Shown: positions 39,301 to 52,235 of the stretch, one piece after another
Numbering within the stretch: position 1 is the stretch's first letter
Layout of the letters: each line of letters begins with the position of its first letter
Assembly: GCF_026210795.1 (NCBI RefSeq)
Contig: NC_089433.1
Span: 3,162,001-3,226,000 of the forward strand
Direction of reading: 5' to 3'
From: Rhizophagus irregularis
Lineage: Eukaryota
DNA: 64,000 nucleotides
The notes under the pieces: generated by a model
The model's input: the letters and a program-made list of their open reading frames with translations, nothing else
The model's database searches: none
What the model was told of the DNA's origin: nothing
Made by a program: the position numbers and the translations under genes

Positions 39301-39469
39301 ACATAAATCTTACGAAATTGTAAACTTACGTAATATTTTGAAATTTTTCGAAATATTATGCCATAAACTTTCGTAAACTTACAAAATCGTAAACTTACGC
39401 AATTTTTCGCACTATAAAATTTCCTGATGTTGTAATTCAATGTAATACGCACAATTATAAAAAATTAAT

Positions 39470-40690
39470 AACTCCACAAATATTAACTGTGTCTTCATTA
39501 AAATAAATATTCAAGTAGATTCTAAGCTGCTGAACAATTTTTAATTAATAAAAGAAGTCAATTTACTTTGGCTAAAGTGCTCAAAATACGCTCTGAAGTA
39601 ACAAAATAGAAAAAATAAAATTCGTAAATGAGTACCATTGTGAAAATCGTGAATAACTCATCAAGTAATAACTGTACCTTCATAAAAATTAATATCCAAG
39701 TAGATTGCGACCTGCTGAACAACTTTCAATTAATAAAAGAAGTCGATTTAATTTGACTAAAGTGCTCAAAATACGCTCTGATGTGACAAAACGAAAAAAA
39801 TAAAATTCGTAAATGAGTACCATTGTGAAAATCGTGAATAACTCATCAAGTATTAACTGTACCTTCGTGAAAATTAATATCCAAGTAGATTGTGACCTGC
39901 TGAACAACTTTCAATTAATAAAAGAAGTCGATTTGCTTTGACTAAAGTGCTCAAAATACGCTCTGATGTGACAAAACGGAAAAAAATAAAATTCGTAAAT
40001 AAGTACCATTGTGAAAATTGTGAATAATTCATTAAGTATTAACTGTACCATCGTGAAAATTAATATTCAAGTAGATTTTGACATGCTAAACAACTTTCAA
40101 TTAATAAAAGAAGTCGATTTACTTTGATTAAAGTGCTCAAAATACACTCTGAAGTGACAAAACGGGAAAAAATAAAATTCGTAAATGAGTACTATTGTGA
40201 AAATCGTAAGTAACTCATCAAGTATTAACTGTACCTTTGTGAAAATTAATATTCAAGTAGATTTTGACATGCTAAACAACTTTCAATTAATATAAGAAGT
40301 TGGTTTACTTTGGATAAAGTGCTCATAATACGCTCTGAAGTGACAAAATGAAAAAAATAAAATTCGTGAATGAGTACTGTTGTGAAAATTGTGAATAACT
40401 CATCAAGTATTAACTGTACCTTCGTGAAAATTAATATCCAAGTAGATTTTAACTTGCCGAACAACTTACAATTAATATAAGAAGTTGATTTACTTTGGCT
40501 AAAGATCTCAAAATACGCTCTGAAGGTAAAAAAATTTGTAACTTAATACTACTGTATTATATAAAAAATGTAAATAATTCCAAAAATATTAACTATACTT
40601 TTATGTTCTTAACAGTTTTAAACTTACTAAACTACTTTTAATTAAAAGAATAAGATTTACTTCAGCCAAAATGCTCAAACCATACTTTGA
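39470..40690. repeat. ~185-bp tandem repeat (~6.5 copies)
   Basis: ATTAACTGTACCTTCGTGAAAATTAATATCCAAGTAGATT... recurs at ~39482, 39667, 39852, 40038, 40223, 40409 and 40588. Confidence 0.92.
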
Positions 40691-42829
40691 AATATATGTA
40701 AAAAAAATATAATATTTTGTTTATATTTTAAATTATGAATTACTTAATTTAAATGTATTTATATTTAAGAAAAAAAATATTTTAATTCTATTTTATAAAG
40801 TATTTAAAAAGTATTTTAGTAAAGTTTTTGAGGCAAAAAAATAATTATAACTGAAATAAAAAAAAAAATCTAAGTTAATAAATAAATATTAAACCATAAT
40901 ACATAATCACATGTTATATATTAAAATCAGAAATTTTATATTAAAATCGAAAAATCCTATTACAAATAACAAAAATCGGCAATTTCATGTTAAAAATCAG
41001 AAATATTATATTAAAATTAGAAATATTTATTAAAATTGGAAATATTATATTAAAATTGCCAAAAAATCAGACAGCCATATTAAAAAGGGCAAAAATCTGA
41101 TTTTTATTTATTTGACCTGTGTATATCTGTAGAAAATACGTTATAAACGTATGAATTTTAATATACTGTAGAATAATACATATACCGTATCCTTTATTTA
41201 CAATATTTTTGTGAACCGTATACAAAATACTGATATACAGTAGAAATGATATATGTTATAGACGTATGAATTTAATATAACCGTATCACACAGTATGTTT
41301 ACCATATACTTTATTGTATTTTTTACTAAACACATTTTGCGAACAGTATACATTATACTGATATGCCGTATGTAAAAATGCGAACTGTATCAAAAATACG
41401 TATATACAGTATAAAAACCGTATACATATTTTTTATAGGGCATGTATTGTTGTTACTTCATCGTCAAGAATAGTAATGACATTAGGAGTTGATTCAAAAG
41501 ATTTTGTTTCGGTATAATCAGCTTCAACTTCATCTTCTTGACTCGGAGTGCATGTTTCAATTGGCTCCTTTTCCTTACCCTGACCACGGTCGTCTAGTTA
41601 TTAAAATAAATCATAGTACAAAGGAAAATTAGGAAAATATAATGAATTTTAAAAACCAGTAATTAATAAAAATATTTAAAATTATACCTGTTTTAGCTTT
41701 TTTCTTTTTGATAGTATTTACAGAAGGTTTGACTGAGCCAACTGGCTGATTCGTTCTACCACGACCATGACCACGATCACGACCACGGCTATTACCACGA
41801 CCTCGCCTACCACTATTTTTTTCACGATCTTACAATTAAAATAAAAAAATTAAAAAGTAAATAAAAATTTTGCGACAACATTGTAATTGTATATTAAAAA
41901 AAAATAAAATTTGCATTAATATTGCAATTTTATATAAAATAATTACTTGCGGTTTCTGTTATTTCATTTGATGCTGTAACTTTTCGCACTTTTTGTACTC
42001 TTGTCATTATAAATAACTATTACTGTAGACACGAAATTTGAAATAAATTATTTTTTGTTACTAATTTTATTATTGTGTATGGTAGGTATGGTAGGTAAGA
42101 AACAAAGTTTATCGTTATATAAGGGAAAGTTTAAAAGACTATTTAATATTTATTTAAGCTTAATATAAGAAAAGTCTATATCTATTTAGGAAATAATTTA
42201 AACTTTAAACTATATGTCAATAAATAAGCTTCTATATATATTTCAATAAATAAACTTTATACATCAATGTCGATAAATAAAATTTTATATTGAAAATAAA
42301 AATAAATTTTATGTTAAAAATAAAAATATTGTCTAAGAAAAAGAGTTTTTTACAATTTTTATTTTTGAATTTTTTTTTTTGAATTTTTCACTAGTAATAA
42401 CAATATCAACTCATTGATTAAAAAGCCTTCGCCCTTAAGCAATTATTCATACTGTTGTCCTTAAACAATTGTAATAATCATACTATTTCATTGTTTCACT
42501 GATTGATTAAATAACGCCTTCGCCCTTAAACTACTGTTTCACTGATAACGCCTTAATTATAATAAGTCCTTCTCTTACTGTAATACTGATTTAAAACAAA
42601 GTCTTGCTCCTATTGTAACACTGATTAAAATAAATCCTTTGTTCTTACATTCCTACCTTAACACTGATCGATTAAAAATAAAACCTTCGTCCTTACACAA
42701 TTTTGAATTTAAAATATCATCAAAAATAACAGAAGTTTTTTTACAACATATATATTATAAAAATAGTTTAAAACTATAAAGTTGTATATACTAGTGAAAC
42801 TTTATAAAATAAACTTTGTAAACTTGAAA

Positions 42830-45025
42830 ATGCGAAAAAGCCGTCTTTCGTTAACTAGACCATTCTCTTTGCGAGAAGGTACAAAATTTTCTGGACGTAA
42901 TATTCTTCCAAGGCATAAGAAGTTAAGTTCGTGTAAGTAAAAATAAATTGGTATAAAAATAGACTTGAGCAACTATTATGTCTAAATTATATGTTTCCAA
43001 GTCCATCCGGATTTTTTATTATTCTTTAAAGTCAATATTCAAACAATATATATTAAAATTAAATGATTTTTTAACTGTTTAAAACTTTTGGTAGTACTTA
43101 CTAGTGTAGATAATAATGAAGGTAATGAAATGGAATTACAAGATGAAATGAACGATAACGTCGATAATAGTGAAGAAAATGAAGAAAATGTCAATAACTA
43201 CGATGAAGAAACTGATTATAACTCTCACGACGGAAATGAAGAAGAAAATAACTATGAAGAAGAAACTGATTATAACCATCATGACGGAAATAAAGAAGAA
43301 AATGATGATAACTACAGAGAAGAAACTGATTATAACTACCATGAAGAAAGTAACTACAGTGAAGAAAATGTTTATTATGATGATAGTAGCAATGTAGAAG
43401 ACAAGGACGAACTGGAAGATGATTATAATATGGAAGAGGATAATGTTATTGATGAAAGTGATAATGTAACTTTTAATTTATTTGTTTACTCCAAAATAAA
43501 CTAGATTTAAAGTTGCAGTCACGATCAGACTAGTTCTTACGATCTGAATCAGAATTGATCAATGAACCCATCCCTAATGCCGATGGCATATTTTTTTAAT
43601 GACAATTTTTCCATTTTAAAAGCATGAAGACACTATAGTTGATTCGTCAATAGGTTGTAACCATATGTTGAATATAGATGGAAGATTTGCACCTTACTTT
43701 GAAAATTCGACCTTTGCATTATTATTTTGTTGGATACAGAAACACAACATATGTAAGTCTAATTTTGCTATAATGAACCTATTTGACAATTTATTTAAAA
43801 GATTTACACTGATATATAGCAACGCATGCATATAACGACTTGGTAGAAGTACTACACCATCAAAATTTTAAAGTTAAAGATGTTGTAAAGAATATACGAA
43901 GGCTCCGACAATGGAGAGATCAGTTACCATTGATGCCAATACGGACGCACCCTGTTAGAATAAATCCAAAAAAGACGCCATCTACGTCTAAAGGAACAAA
44001 GTCTTGTTATTATTTGTCAATTTGTGATATTATTCAGAATATATTAAATAATCCGTCACTCTACAATACATTATACTTCGGACCGGGAATAAAATCTGAA
44101 GAAAAAAAGGAATATTAGCATGGGGATCTTTGGGCTGAATCACCATTGTTTGGCCAAGAAAAAATAGCCATCAATAGAGGTACTTTCGATTTATTATTAT
44201 TGTAAATGTATGTAACTTATCTTATACTTTTTTGGTATTTAGAAATTTATCGACCAAGTGAATTTGTTTTATATATAAAAAATGGTAATCGAAGATTTGG
44301 ATGAATACAATCAATAATATTGGTCAATGATGAACTTCAGGTAAAAATACAACGTATTTATACTTATAACGAATTACAAAATAATTTTCACTCTAATTCT
44401 CGATCAATTACGAAGGAATCGCAATTGTGGATGGTAGATCAATATTTAAAAGAAGGTAGTATTATTGCAAATACTTATGAGATCATTAGAAAAGTTAATA
44501 TTATGATTATTCGTGAAACAAATACTACTGACGGAATTTTTATTAAAGAAATTTTATACAAAAGTAATGGTTATTGGAAAATGCGAAATGTGACGCTAGA
44601 TTACAAGCATCCAGGCGAATATTTTATTCTAAGTTTACCACCACTACAATATAGGAATCTACGAGTTTTGAAGATATTTATTGATATTTACTATGATGAC
44701 TTCAGTACCTATCGAAATGTTTACCATTCCTTAGGCGGAGTTTATGTTCAATTGGGAAATATGCCATTCGATATAAGAAAACTTGTTCGCAACCATTTTG
44801 TCTTAGGTTTTATTCCCTTCGGTGGTTGTTTTGAGGATTTCATTCGTCCTTTCATTAAAGATATGAAGAGGTTGGAAAAAGGAACATTGATGAACATCTA
44901 AGGAATAGATTGCTGGATCATAGCTAGCCTTGGATGCGTTATTGCAGACCTATCCCAAGGAAACGATTTAGCAGGTGTAAAACGCCATGGTGCGATAAGA
45001 GGGTGTAGAACATGTCTGGTTACTA
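42830..45025 (+). pseudogene. CMC/Plavaka-like transposase (YYDDF family), 3'-truncated, with stops
   Basis: Acidic N-terminus, WAESPLFG, FIDIYYDDFSTYRNVYHSLGGVYVQLGNMPF, ADLSQGNDLAG, GCRTC; homologous to 55388-59021; stops at 44116, ~44302 and 44899. Confidence 0.85.
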
Positions 45026-45288
45026 ACTTTGCTGAAACTCCTAATTTTAAAAAATATTTTTACGATACAGTTATGTAATAGTATGATATAATAATAATAA
45101 ATAAACTATAAAAATATGATAATTTAAAAAATACTATTTAAATAAAATAAAAAGATGATAGGAAAACAATATAATAACCATAATATGAAAAATAAGAGAA
45201 ATAATTTTTTTTATTATACTCAAATTACGATATTAATACAATATTTTTATAATATTTTAATATAATAACATCGCAGAAATATTATTAA

Positions 45289-45662
45289 GGGTAGAGTGTA
45301 TCACGTGATACTTCATATAGATCGACTTGTCAAATTCCTTATTACATAGTAGCACTATTTTCTGTACAATATAAACTTTTGTAATACTTAACATAAATGG
45401 ATAAAATTTATATCGTTAGAAAGCCACAATTTTGAACTTTTATTTTTTTAATTAAAAAAACTTCTTTTATAAAAAAAATCTTTAAAAAACACCTAATGAA
45501 GTTGCGACTAGGCATATATGTTTTTGCGACTAGGCAATCTTGAATTTTATTGGTTGTTAATATCAGTTGTATATTTAAAATGTAAACAAATGATCAGCAA
45601 ATCTATAGTAAAATAATTTGCCACCCGCTACATATAAAAAATGATCGATATATACTCTACCC
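45289..45662. mobile_element. TTAA-targeting MITE with GGG termini (Kolobok-like)
   Basis: GGGTAGAGT(G/A)TAT...ATATACTCTACCC flanked by TTAA on both sides; purine termini fit Kolobok rather than piggyBac. Confidence 0.8.
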
Positions 45663-45764
45663 TTAAAATATCACTATTTTTTAATTTTGGCCAATCATTA
45701 CCAAAAAAAAATTGGCAAAAACATTTATAAGCAATTTAAGAAAAATACTTTCAAACTGCTGTAC

Positions 45765-46750
45765 TAATCATGGGTTTGTTTCAGTTTTTCAGAGTTGAAG
45801 CCAGATTTCCTGTAAATTAAAAAAAAAGTTAAATCATTTTTAATATAAAAAAGTTTACAATAATTTTTGAAATTCACTAAGGACCTCGATATCGAAGCTG
45901 GAACTAGGAGTACCAAATTTTTTTTAAAAGGGTTGAAAATTTTTTTGAACTTGCCTAGGATTCTAGTAATTCCAAGTCGGAGTTAGTTTTTGCAAAAAAA
46001 AAAATAAAAAAGAAATTTCATACTTTATTCGTAGTAAACCCAATAGAAAAGAAAAATCCCAAAGAGCCGCCAAATCTAAAATGTACCAAAAACCAAGAGA
46101 AAGAAGACGATGATTAGTAATGAAATCAAAAAGGAAAACAAAAACTACCCTTGTTCTGAAAGGTAGAAAAGAAAAAAAAATAAGAATGAACCTAATCTTA
46201 ATTTCCAGGAAAAACCGTCAAAATCTGAAAGAAGAGTCATTGAGACCTAAAAAAAGACGATGAATTCAGTAAGAAACTGAATAAAACCAACCTAAGATTA
46301 AAAGAAAAAATTGCCATAAATAAACCAACTGTCACTCCGAAAGTATACTCACAAAGCCCTAAAGAAAAGAAAACCGATATTAGTCAACTAATCAGAAAGA
46401 ACCAAAGATGAAAATTAGATTATAAAATGGATGAAAAAAAATTACCTTTACCTTTCAATAGCACACTCGACAACTAACACCTAAAGAAACAAAAAATCAG
46501 TTAGTACGAACAAAGACAAGAAATGATCAGAGGCGAAAAAAGCTCACCTTTACCTTTCTGGAAGAATCAAAGGAACAATAAACAAAAAAAGGGTAGTATG
46601 AAATAGAGACTAGAAACTAAAAGACGAAAAATAGCTTAGTACTCTTTCTCTTTCCAAAAGAGCCACCAGACAAAGACATACGAAATAGCACTAAACAAAA
46701 ATGGAATGCAATAATGTAATAAGGTAAAAAAATGAAACTTATTAACCTTA
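45765..46750 (-). ncRNA. Putative multi-intron non-coding transcript (irregular micro-exon array)
   Basis: On the minus strand, successive CTAA(C/T)-pyrimidine-TAG/CAG acceptors and GT donors around very short exons; GAAAGGTAAAG resembles GAAAGGTAAGG of the 4480-5100 array. Confidence 0.4.
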
Positions 46751-48293
46751 CGAAAAAGTAAGAATTCGATTAAATTATCGACTTGTAAAGTTAAGCTTTA
46801 ATAAAAAAGCTTAATTAAATTGAAAATCAAGTATCAATATTTTATTTTTATTTAATTTCCATGTGAACAAAGGGACAAACTATTCGTAAGCCTAAAGTAA
46901 TTCTAAACTACCAAACCGCCAAATTTGACAGCGCCACCTTGGTGTCAAAAAACAAACCTGTGGAAGGACGCATCTGAACACGTCCCGCCCACTACGCATG
47001 AGAGTAAAAGGCTAAGGAAAGAAAAAACCAAAGAAAGAAGAGCGAACAGAAGCATTAAAAAAAAGGAAGTTCAAACATATTCCATCTCTCGTATTATTCT
47101 TTCGTCTATTGACGCCACACGTAAATACTGTCAGGTGTGGAATGATGCATTATGTATCAGTCCGATATTGTTTCTGTCTTAATGTTAATCATGGGCTGGA
47201 GTGGGTACAGTATCTACCGATTCCGTATGAACGATCACTGATGGTGGTGTTGGATTCATAGTCTGGTGATAGTGTACGTCGTAAGAAGACGGACGGGTTG
47301 TTGATGATGTTCCGATCTTTGTCTGAAATGACGAAAGTAATGCCACTGCTTAAAAATCAAGTATCAATTTTAGTAAATAAACTGACCAAATAAGTATTTA
47401 ACGAAACACGTAACTGCCGAAAGAGTGCATGATCTCTAACAATAACTGATGGAGAAGATATAATAGCTGTGTACTCATCTTTCAGGTTTCACTTCATATG
47501 ATTGTCTTATTTTCCATAATTGTATGTTGCAACCTTACTTTCCCTTAACCAATTTTAATCTCAAATGACAGTATCATTTTGATCTTGATCAAAGGATTTG
47601 ATTATTGCATAATTATTCTTGTTTGTAGTTGGCTTCTTTACTAACAAAAGAACAAGACGAAAAAAAGTGGTGATATGTGTATATGCTTGTGTATAATGAA
47701 TTAAATAAATAAGAATAGAAACCATTGCACTACTTATGAATCCACCTTAGAAAAGGGCGAACCCTAAACTTCAGCTTCAACAACTAACTTAGATGCTATT
47801 AGTACTCAAGCATGGCAACCGGTTTATAGGTAAACTGTGGCAATAAACCCAAACACTACAAAATCAAAGGTTAGTAGAAAAGGGTTAGGGAAAATAATAT
47901 ACATGAGCACTGGTCGCATTTCAGTGTAGTTTTGACTACAAACTTCCGTAGCTCGTCATAGCTCGTCGTAGCTTATCGTAGTTTGTAAAAATGATAAGAT
48001 CAATTTTTATTTTAATCTCAGTTTATATAAACTGATTATCAATTGGCGTAATTGTATGGTATGTATACTAAATTTGTCTACAGTACACGTATACAATGTC
48101 TGATTTCGCTTTGGCTTGCCATATCTCATAGATGATAGATCTATATTTTAGATCTTAATCCAAATACCTAAAAATGCGAACAAAAAATAAAATTCCGCGC
48201 AGCAGATCTAGTGCAGGACGATGATTTATGGCATTTCACATAATATCATACAAGTCACAAAATTTTTTGATAAACTATATCGCTACATATTTT

Positions 48294-49963
48294 TGTTGTA
48301 CCTCAGATCGATTCTCAGATTGAAATCGTCATGTGAAGTGTGTGATGTGGATCATTGATAATCTGAGGTACTCAGTTTTTTAATCTAAGGCAAATAAATT
48401 TTTTTAAAAAAAAATATCTACTATTTTATTAATCTGAAAATAGTGTTATGTAACTACATAAAAATTATTTTGATTATTATGCTTTAATAGGAATGGTTCT
48501 TCACGCTAATTAGCTTCTTTGAGGTAAGTTTCAGAAGCTTTTATTTTTATTTTTATTTTTTTCTTTTTTGGAACGGTACTAACCATTTTTTTTTCTTTTT
48601 TTTTTAGCATTTCGGCCTGGACTCTCTCCCGGTAAATAGGTGTGCTATGATGTCTATTATGGTGTTAGTTTCTTTCTCTTAGAACGATACTAACTGTTCT
48701 TTTGTCTTTTTTTTAGCATTTTGGCCGGGACTCTCTCCTGGTAAATAGGTGGTGCTATGGTATCTATAGTATTAGTTTTTTCTTCTAGATACTAACCATT
48801 CCCTTTTCTTTTTTTAATAGGAATAGATTAATGGTTTTTAGAATAGGTAAATATTTAAGTAAGAAAACATAGGAATATTAGAAAAATGAAAATTCATAAT
48901 AAGAGGAACGAAAAGTTTAATGTAAAATCTGATATTAAATAATATAAAAATTATGTATAATCCATTAACAAATAAAATCAATGAATTAAGCATATATGAA
49001 ATTACTTTAAATTCAATTTCTTAATTATTTTTTTCATATAATACATCAGTAATAATGCATTTCTTGACTAATTTATTTTACATATAAGTATCATTTATTT
49101 TTGCCACGAACGTCCACTATAACATCTACTGCTACAGTCTCCACCCGCCTTCTTACAGCGACATTTATTACTATTGCATTCACCTTTACAATTACATATA
49201 CCCCCTGATACTAAACCAGCATTCTGAAGGCATGCAGCTTCTCTAATTGATATTTTGTTAGAGGGAATGACTTCTAATTCAGGAAAAGTTTCTGCTAAAA
49301 AAAAAAGACAAAAGAACAGTCAGTACTGTTCTAGGAGAAAGAAACCAACACCATAGACACCACCTATTACCGAGAGAGAGTCCAGGCCGAAATGCTAAAA
49401 AAAAAAGGCAAAAGAACAGTCAGTACCGTTCTAGGAGAAAGAAACTAACACCATAGTAGACATCATAGCACACTTATTTACCGGGAGAGAATCCAGGCCG
49501 AAATGCTAAAAAAAAAGAAAAAAAAACGGTTAGTACCGTTTCGAAAAGAAAAAAATAAAAATAATAATAAAAGCTTCCAAAACTTATCTCAAAGAAGCTA
49601 ATTAGCCGTGAAGAACTGTTCCTATTTAAAGCATAATAATTAAAATAATTTTTAGTGTAGTTACTAATGGGTTAAACTAGCACTATTTTTTCAGATTAAG
49701 ATATTTTTTTTTTTTAAGAAAAAAAGCGAAGCACAAGATTTTGAGAATTAAGAAAAGTTCGAACGAACTTTTCTTTCTTATCCTTGAAGATCTTTAATCA
49801 CAAGACTTTGAGAATTAAGAAAAGTTCGAATGAACTTTTCTTCCTTATTCTTGAAAATCTTTAATCACAAGATTTTGAGAATTAAGAAAAGTTCGAATGA
49901 ACTTTTCTTTTCGTATATCACATTGTTTCACCTAGTTGCGATCTGACGATCTGAGGCACAACA
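48294..49963. mobile_element. Internally deleted Ginger-like foldback element with ~500-bp inverted arms
   Basis: TGTTGTACCTCAGATCG...CGATCTGAGGCACAACA (TGT..ACA termini); 48430-48780 mirrors 49295-49700; central integrase C-terminal relic; TSD not resolved. Confidence 0.75.
49091..49294 (-). pseudogene. Cys-rich C-terminal fragment of a Ginger/KRBA2-like integrase
   Basis: ETFPELEVIPSNKISIREAA..CNCKGECNSNKCRCKKAGGDCSSRCYSGRSWQNK*. Confidence 0.7.
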
Positions 49964-50029
49964 TATATATGACATATTCGCAAAATTTTCTGCAGTATAA
50001 ATTTTAAGGGGGGCAAGTCATTATCCTAT

Positions 50030-50375
50030 ATCGAAAAATCAGTGCAATAAAAGTTCATACACGAGTTAAAGATTATGTATTTCGTGCTGATAATGGATTA
50101 CTTTTCTGTATGTGATCTCAATAGAATGGAAACATAAATTAACAAAAAGCATGCTTCCCAAAAAATTATTTTTGAAACAAAGGAAAAAGCCAAAAGTCAG
50201 CAAATAATACAAACTACTTGCTATAGCATCAAAAAAAGAAGTGATAAAGGATTCGATAGAAGCATTTTCTAATGCAGATATTCCTTTACGAAAGTTAATA
50301 GTTTACTTCTGTTTTTTTTAAAAACACCTCAAAGAAGGAGGCGCAATTCCTCAAGCAACAACTTTACGTCAGAAT
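50030..50375 (+). pseudogene. Degraded CGGBP1-like/hAT transposase fragment
   Basis: Frameshifted remnants FRADNGLLFC, AFSNADIPL, GGAIPQATTLRQ. Confidence 0.5.
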
Positions 50376-50623
50376 TTTCCCAAATTTTCACATTAAAAAC
50401 TTTTTTGGCTAAAGTAAAGATTCTTTAATCAAGTCTCTTAAGTCTCTTGCTTGAAAATCTCGATACATAACTCTTTATATATGAACGGCATTAGATCACT
50501 GTGTAAAATTCTGTTACCGAATAAAACTTGATGGAACATTACTTATAGCACAAAAACACCAAATTTAATATTTGGAAATATTTTTATTTTTAACAATTAC
50601 ATCTATTTTGTTGTGAAAAAAAA

Positions 50624-52235
50624 TTACCTAAGCAATTTTTTGAGATCTAAAGTGTTTACAATATCATGCTTTTATACAGAATGAACTTTAATTCCTAAGG
50701 TAATATGATCTAAAGTTTTTTTGATTTTATCCCCAGGAAGATCAACGTCTGCGCCATCTTTATCTAGTAGTTCATAATCAAGAACGATTTTAAATGATTC
50801 TATTACAAATTTTTTAAGTTGTTCTTGATCATCTTTTGACGATTCAAATTCATCTTTTTGAATAGCACGAAGATGCATAGATAAAATGTTTCTCCACGAA
50901 TCGCCAATGTATTCTTCAACCGTAACCTTTCTATAAATTTGGTTAATATTTTTATTTAATAATAATACAATAATCAATAGTAATTTATTTTGATTCTTAC
51001 TCTTCATCTTTTATATAAGTATTCACCATTTCTGATATTTTTTTCACATATTTGTGCCTATAGTCTGCCATTTTTAATACGCATTCGTGATGAATATTCT
51101 TTGCTGTCTCCTGATGAAGTTTATCCCTCAAATCTGGATAAATTGCACAAATAATCGCATTAAAAACATGCGAATTCGGTTTTCGACACTTTAGAAATAG
51201 GAGCTTGAGTTCTTCGATCAAAAGTTTATTATTTATACCCTTTTCTTTCTAAATAATGATAGACTTTTAATTCAAAATAAATTTACATTAAAATGAATTA
51301 TAAATATTTACTATACCTGAAGAGAAAGAGCTGGCAATTTACAATTTCTAGAATTTCCAGCCGTTACGCTTTTAGATTCCTTAAGAACACTAGCCAGCTT
51401 CAATATTGGTGGATGATCCGCAACAAAATCGGCAATTTCAAATTCTGTGTATGATTCTAAATTGTTTCTCCTTTAAAAAAACAAGAGGTATATTCTAATT
51501 AGTAAGGGCATTAAAGGTATAAGTGTAACGTAAGATGTGATAAATGTGTCCCAAACAGTAGTTTACTTACATGTTTGGACGATCTGGAATTAATATAGGA
51601 ATATCATTCGTTATTTTATCGAAATCGAATAAACTTAAATTTTCTTTTCATTTGAAAACACGTTAGTTTTTCATTCTAAATATTCATAGCAAATAGTTTT
51701 GTTCTTTTGACAAACCTTGCCCTTGTTGTTCAGGTCCTTCGACTGTCTCTAAATCTATTATGTCAGGTGGAATCTCTTGTATAGATTTTTTTTTCTTAAA
51801 TCTTGATTCAACGGTATTAGGTAGACTTCTTTTTTTCGGAGCATTCTTTTCTTGTTGAGATTCTTCTATAACAGCAGTTTTTATTTCTGGAGGAATTACC
51901 ATGACGAATATGTCTTTTTTAGATCTTGCTTCAGGTAAACTTCTGTTTGTTATAGCTAATGCTTGTTCATTTTCTTCTGCGACAGTTTCTAAGTCTGAGG
52001 ATATTTCCTCTATAGATTTATTTTTCTTAGTTCTTGCTTCATTTGTATTAAATGAACTTCTATTTTTTGTTATAGGTTGTTTTGATCCTTCTGCAACTGT
52101 ACCACCTAATCCTATAATAAAAGAAAAGAATATTAAGTTATAGTTTATAATTTATTTGAGATATTATTTATTAAGAAATTTATTTAGCTACATACTTTTT
52201 GATGTAGCATTTTTAGATTTTTTTTTGGGGGCCAT
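50624..52235 (-). pseudogene. Accessory gene of a CMC/Plavaka-like element (multi-exon)
   Basis: MAPKKK start; EELKLLFLKCRKP..ADYRHK homologous to the 5801-6500 segment; an internal stop at 50672. Confidence 0.65.

Larger units (their letters stand above)
27280..39429. mobile_element. CATCAGG-terminus TIR element (CMC-like, no transposase of its own) carrying a Myb/SANT gene; hosts the Plavaka element
   Basis: ~41-bp TIR CATCAGGAAATT(A/T)TATAGTGCGAAAA(G/A)TTGCG(C/T)AAGTTTAC, 2-bp TSD TT, CGTAATATT-rich subterminal repeats at both ends. Confidence 0.88.
11287..41440. mobile_element. Large CCC-terminus TIR element, swollen to ~30 kb by nested insertions
   Basis: TIR CCCTATAAAAAATA...TATTTTTTATAGGG; shared ACAGTATA/ACCGTATA subterminal repeats at 11290-11700 and 41120-41440; flanks TAT/CAT (possible 3-bp TSD with 1 mismatch); removal restores the host reading frame. 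Confidence 0.85.
5801..42007 (-). pseudogene. Accessory gene of a CMC/Plavaka-like transposon, split into three pieces (42007-41441, 11286-10819, 6506-5801) by two nested insertions
   Basis: The frame rejoins across 41441/11286 (..DDEVTTIH-D(N)DAPDDF..). An intron rejoins across the Zator element (GT at 10818, AG at 6507). EEIKCLFLRCRAP..DFRSK matches EELKLLFLKCRKP..DYRHK at ~51200. Has stops and a frameshift. Confidence 0.75.

Noticed and set aside
39198..40464. Repeated 72-84 aa ORFs
   Set aside because: By-products of the 50-bp and 185-bp tandem repeats
46925..47340. GC-richer patch with an 85-aa ORF and a short antisense frame
   Set aside because: No recognisable motif or convincing gene model; left unassigned
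47860..47902. CCCTAACCCT on the minus strand (47881-47890) as a possible telomerase RNA template
   Set aside because: Only 10 nt, 12 kb from TERT, embedded in an intron-like CTAAC/pyrimidine/TAG context, and no pseudoknot or CR4/5 could be seen; worth revisiting only if it co-occurs with other TERT copies
48214..50028. hAT-like TIR pair CAGGACGATGATT / AGTCATTATCCTA around the Ginger foldback
   Set aside because: The match is degenerate and no 8-bp TSD was found
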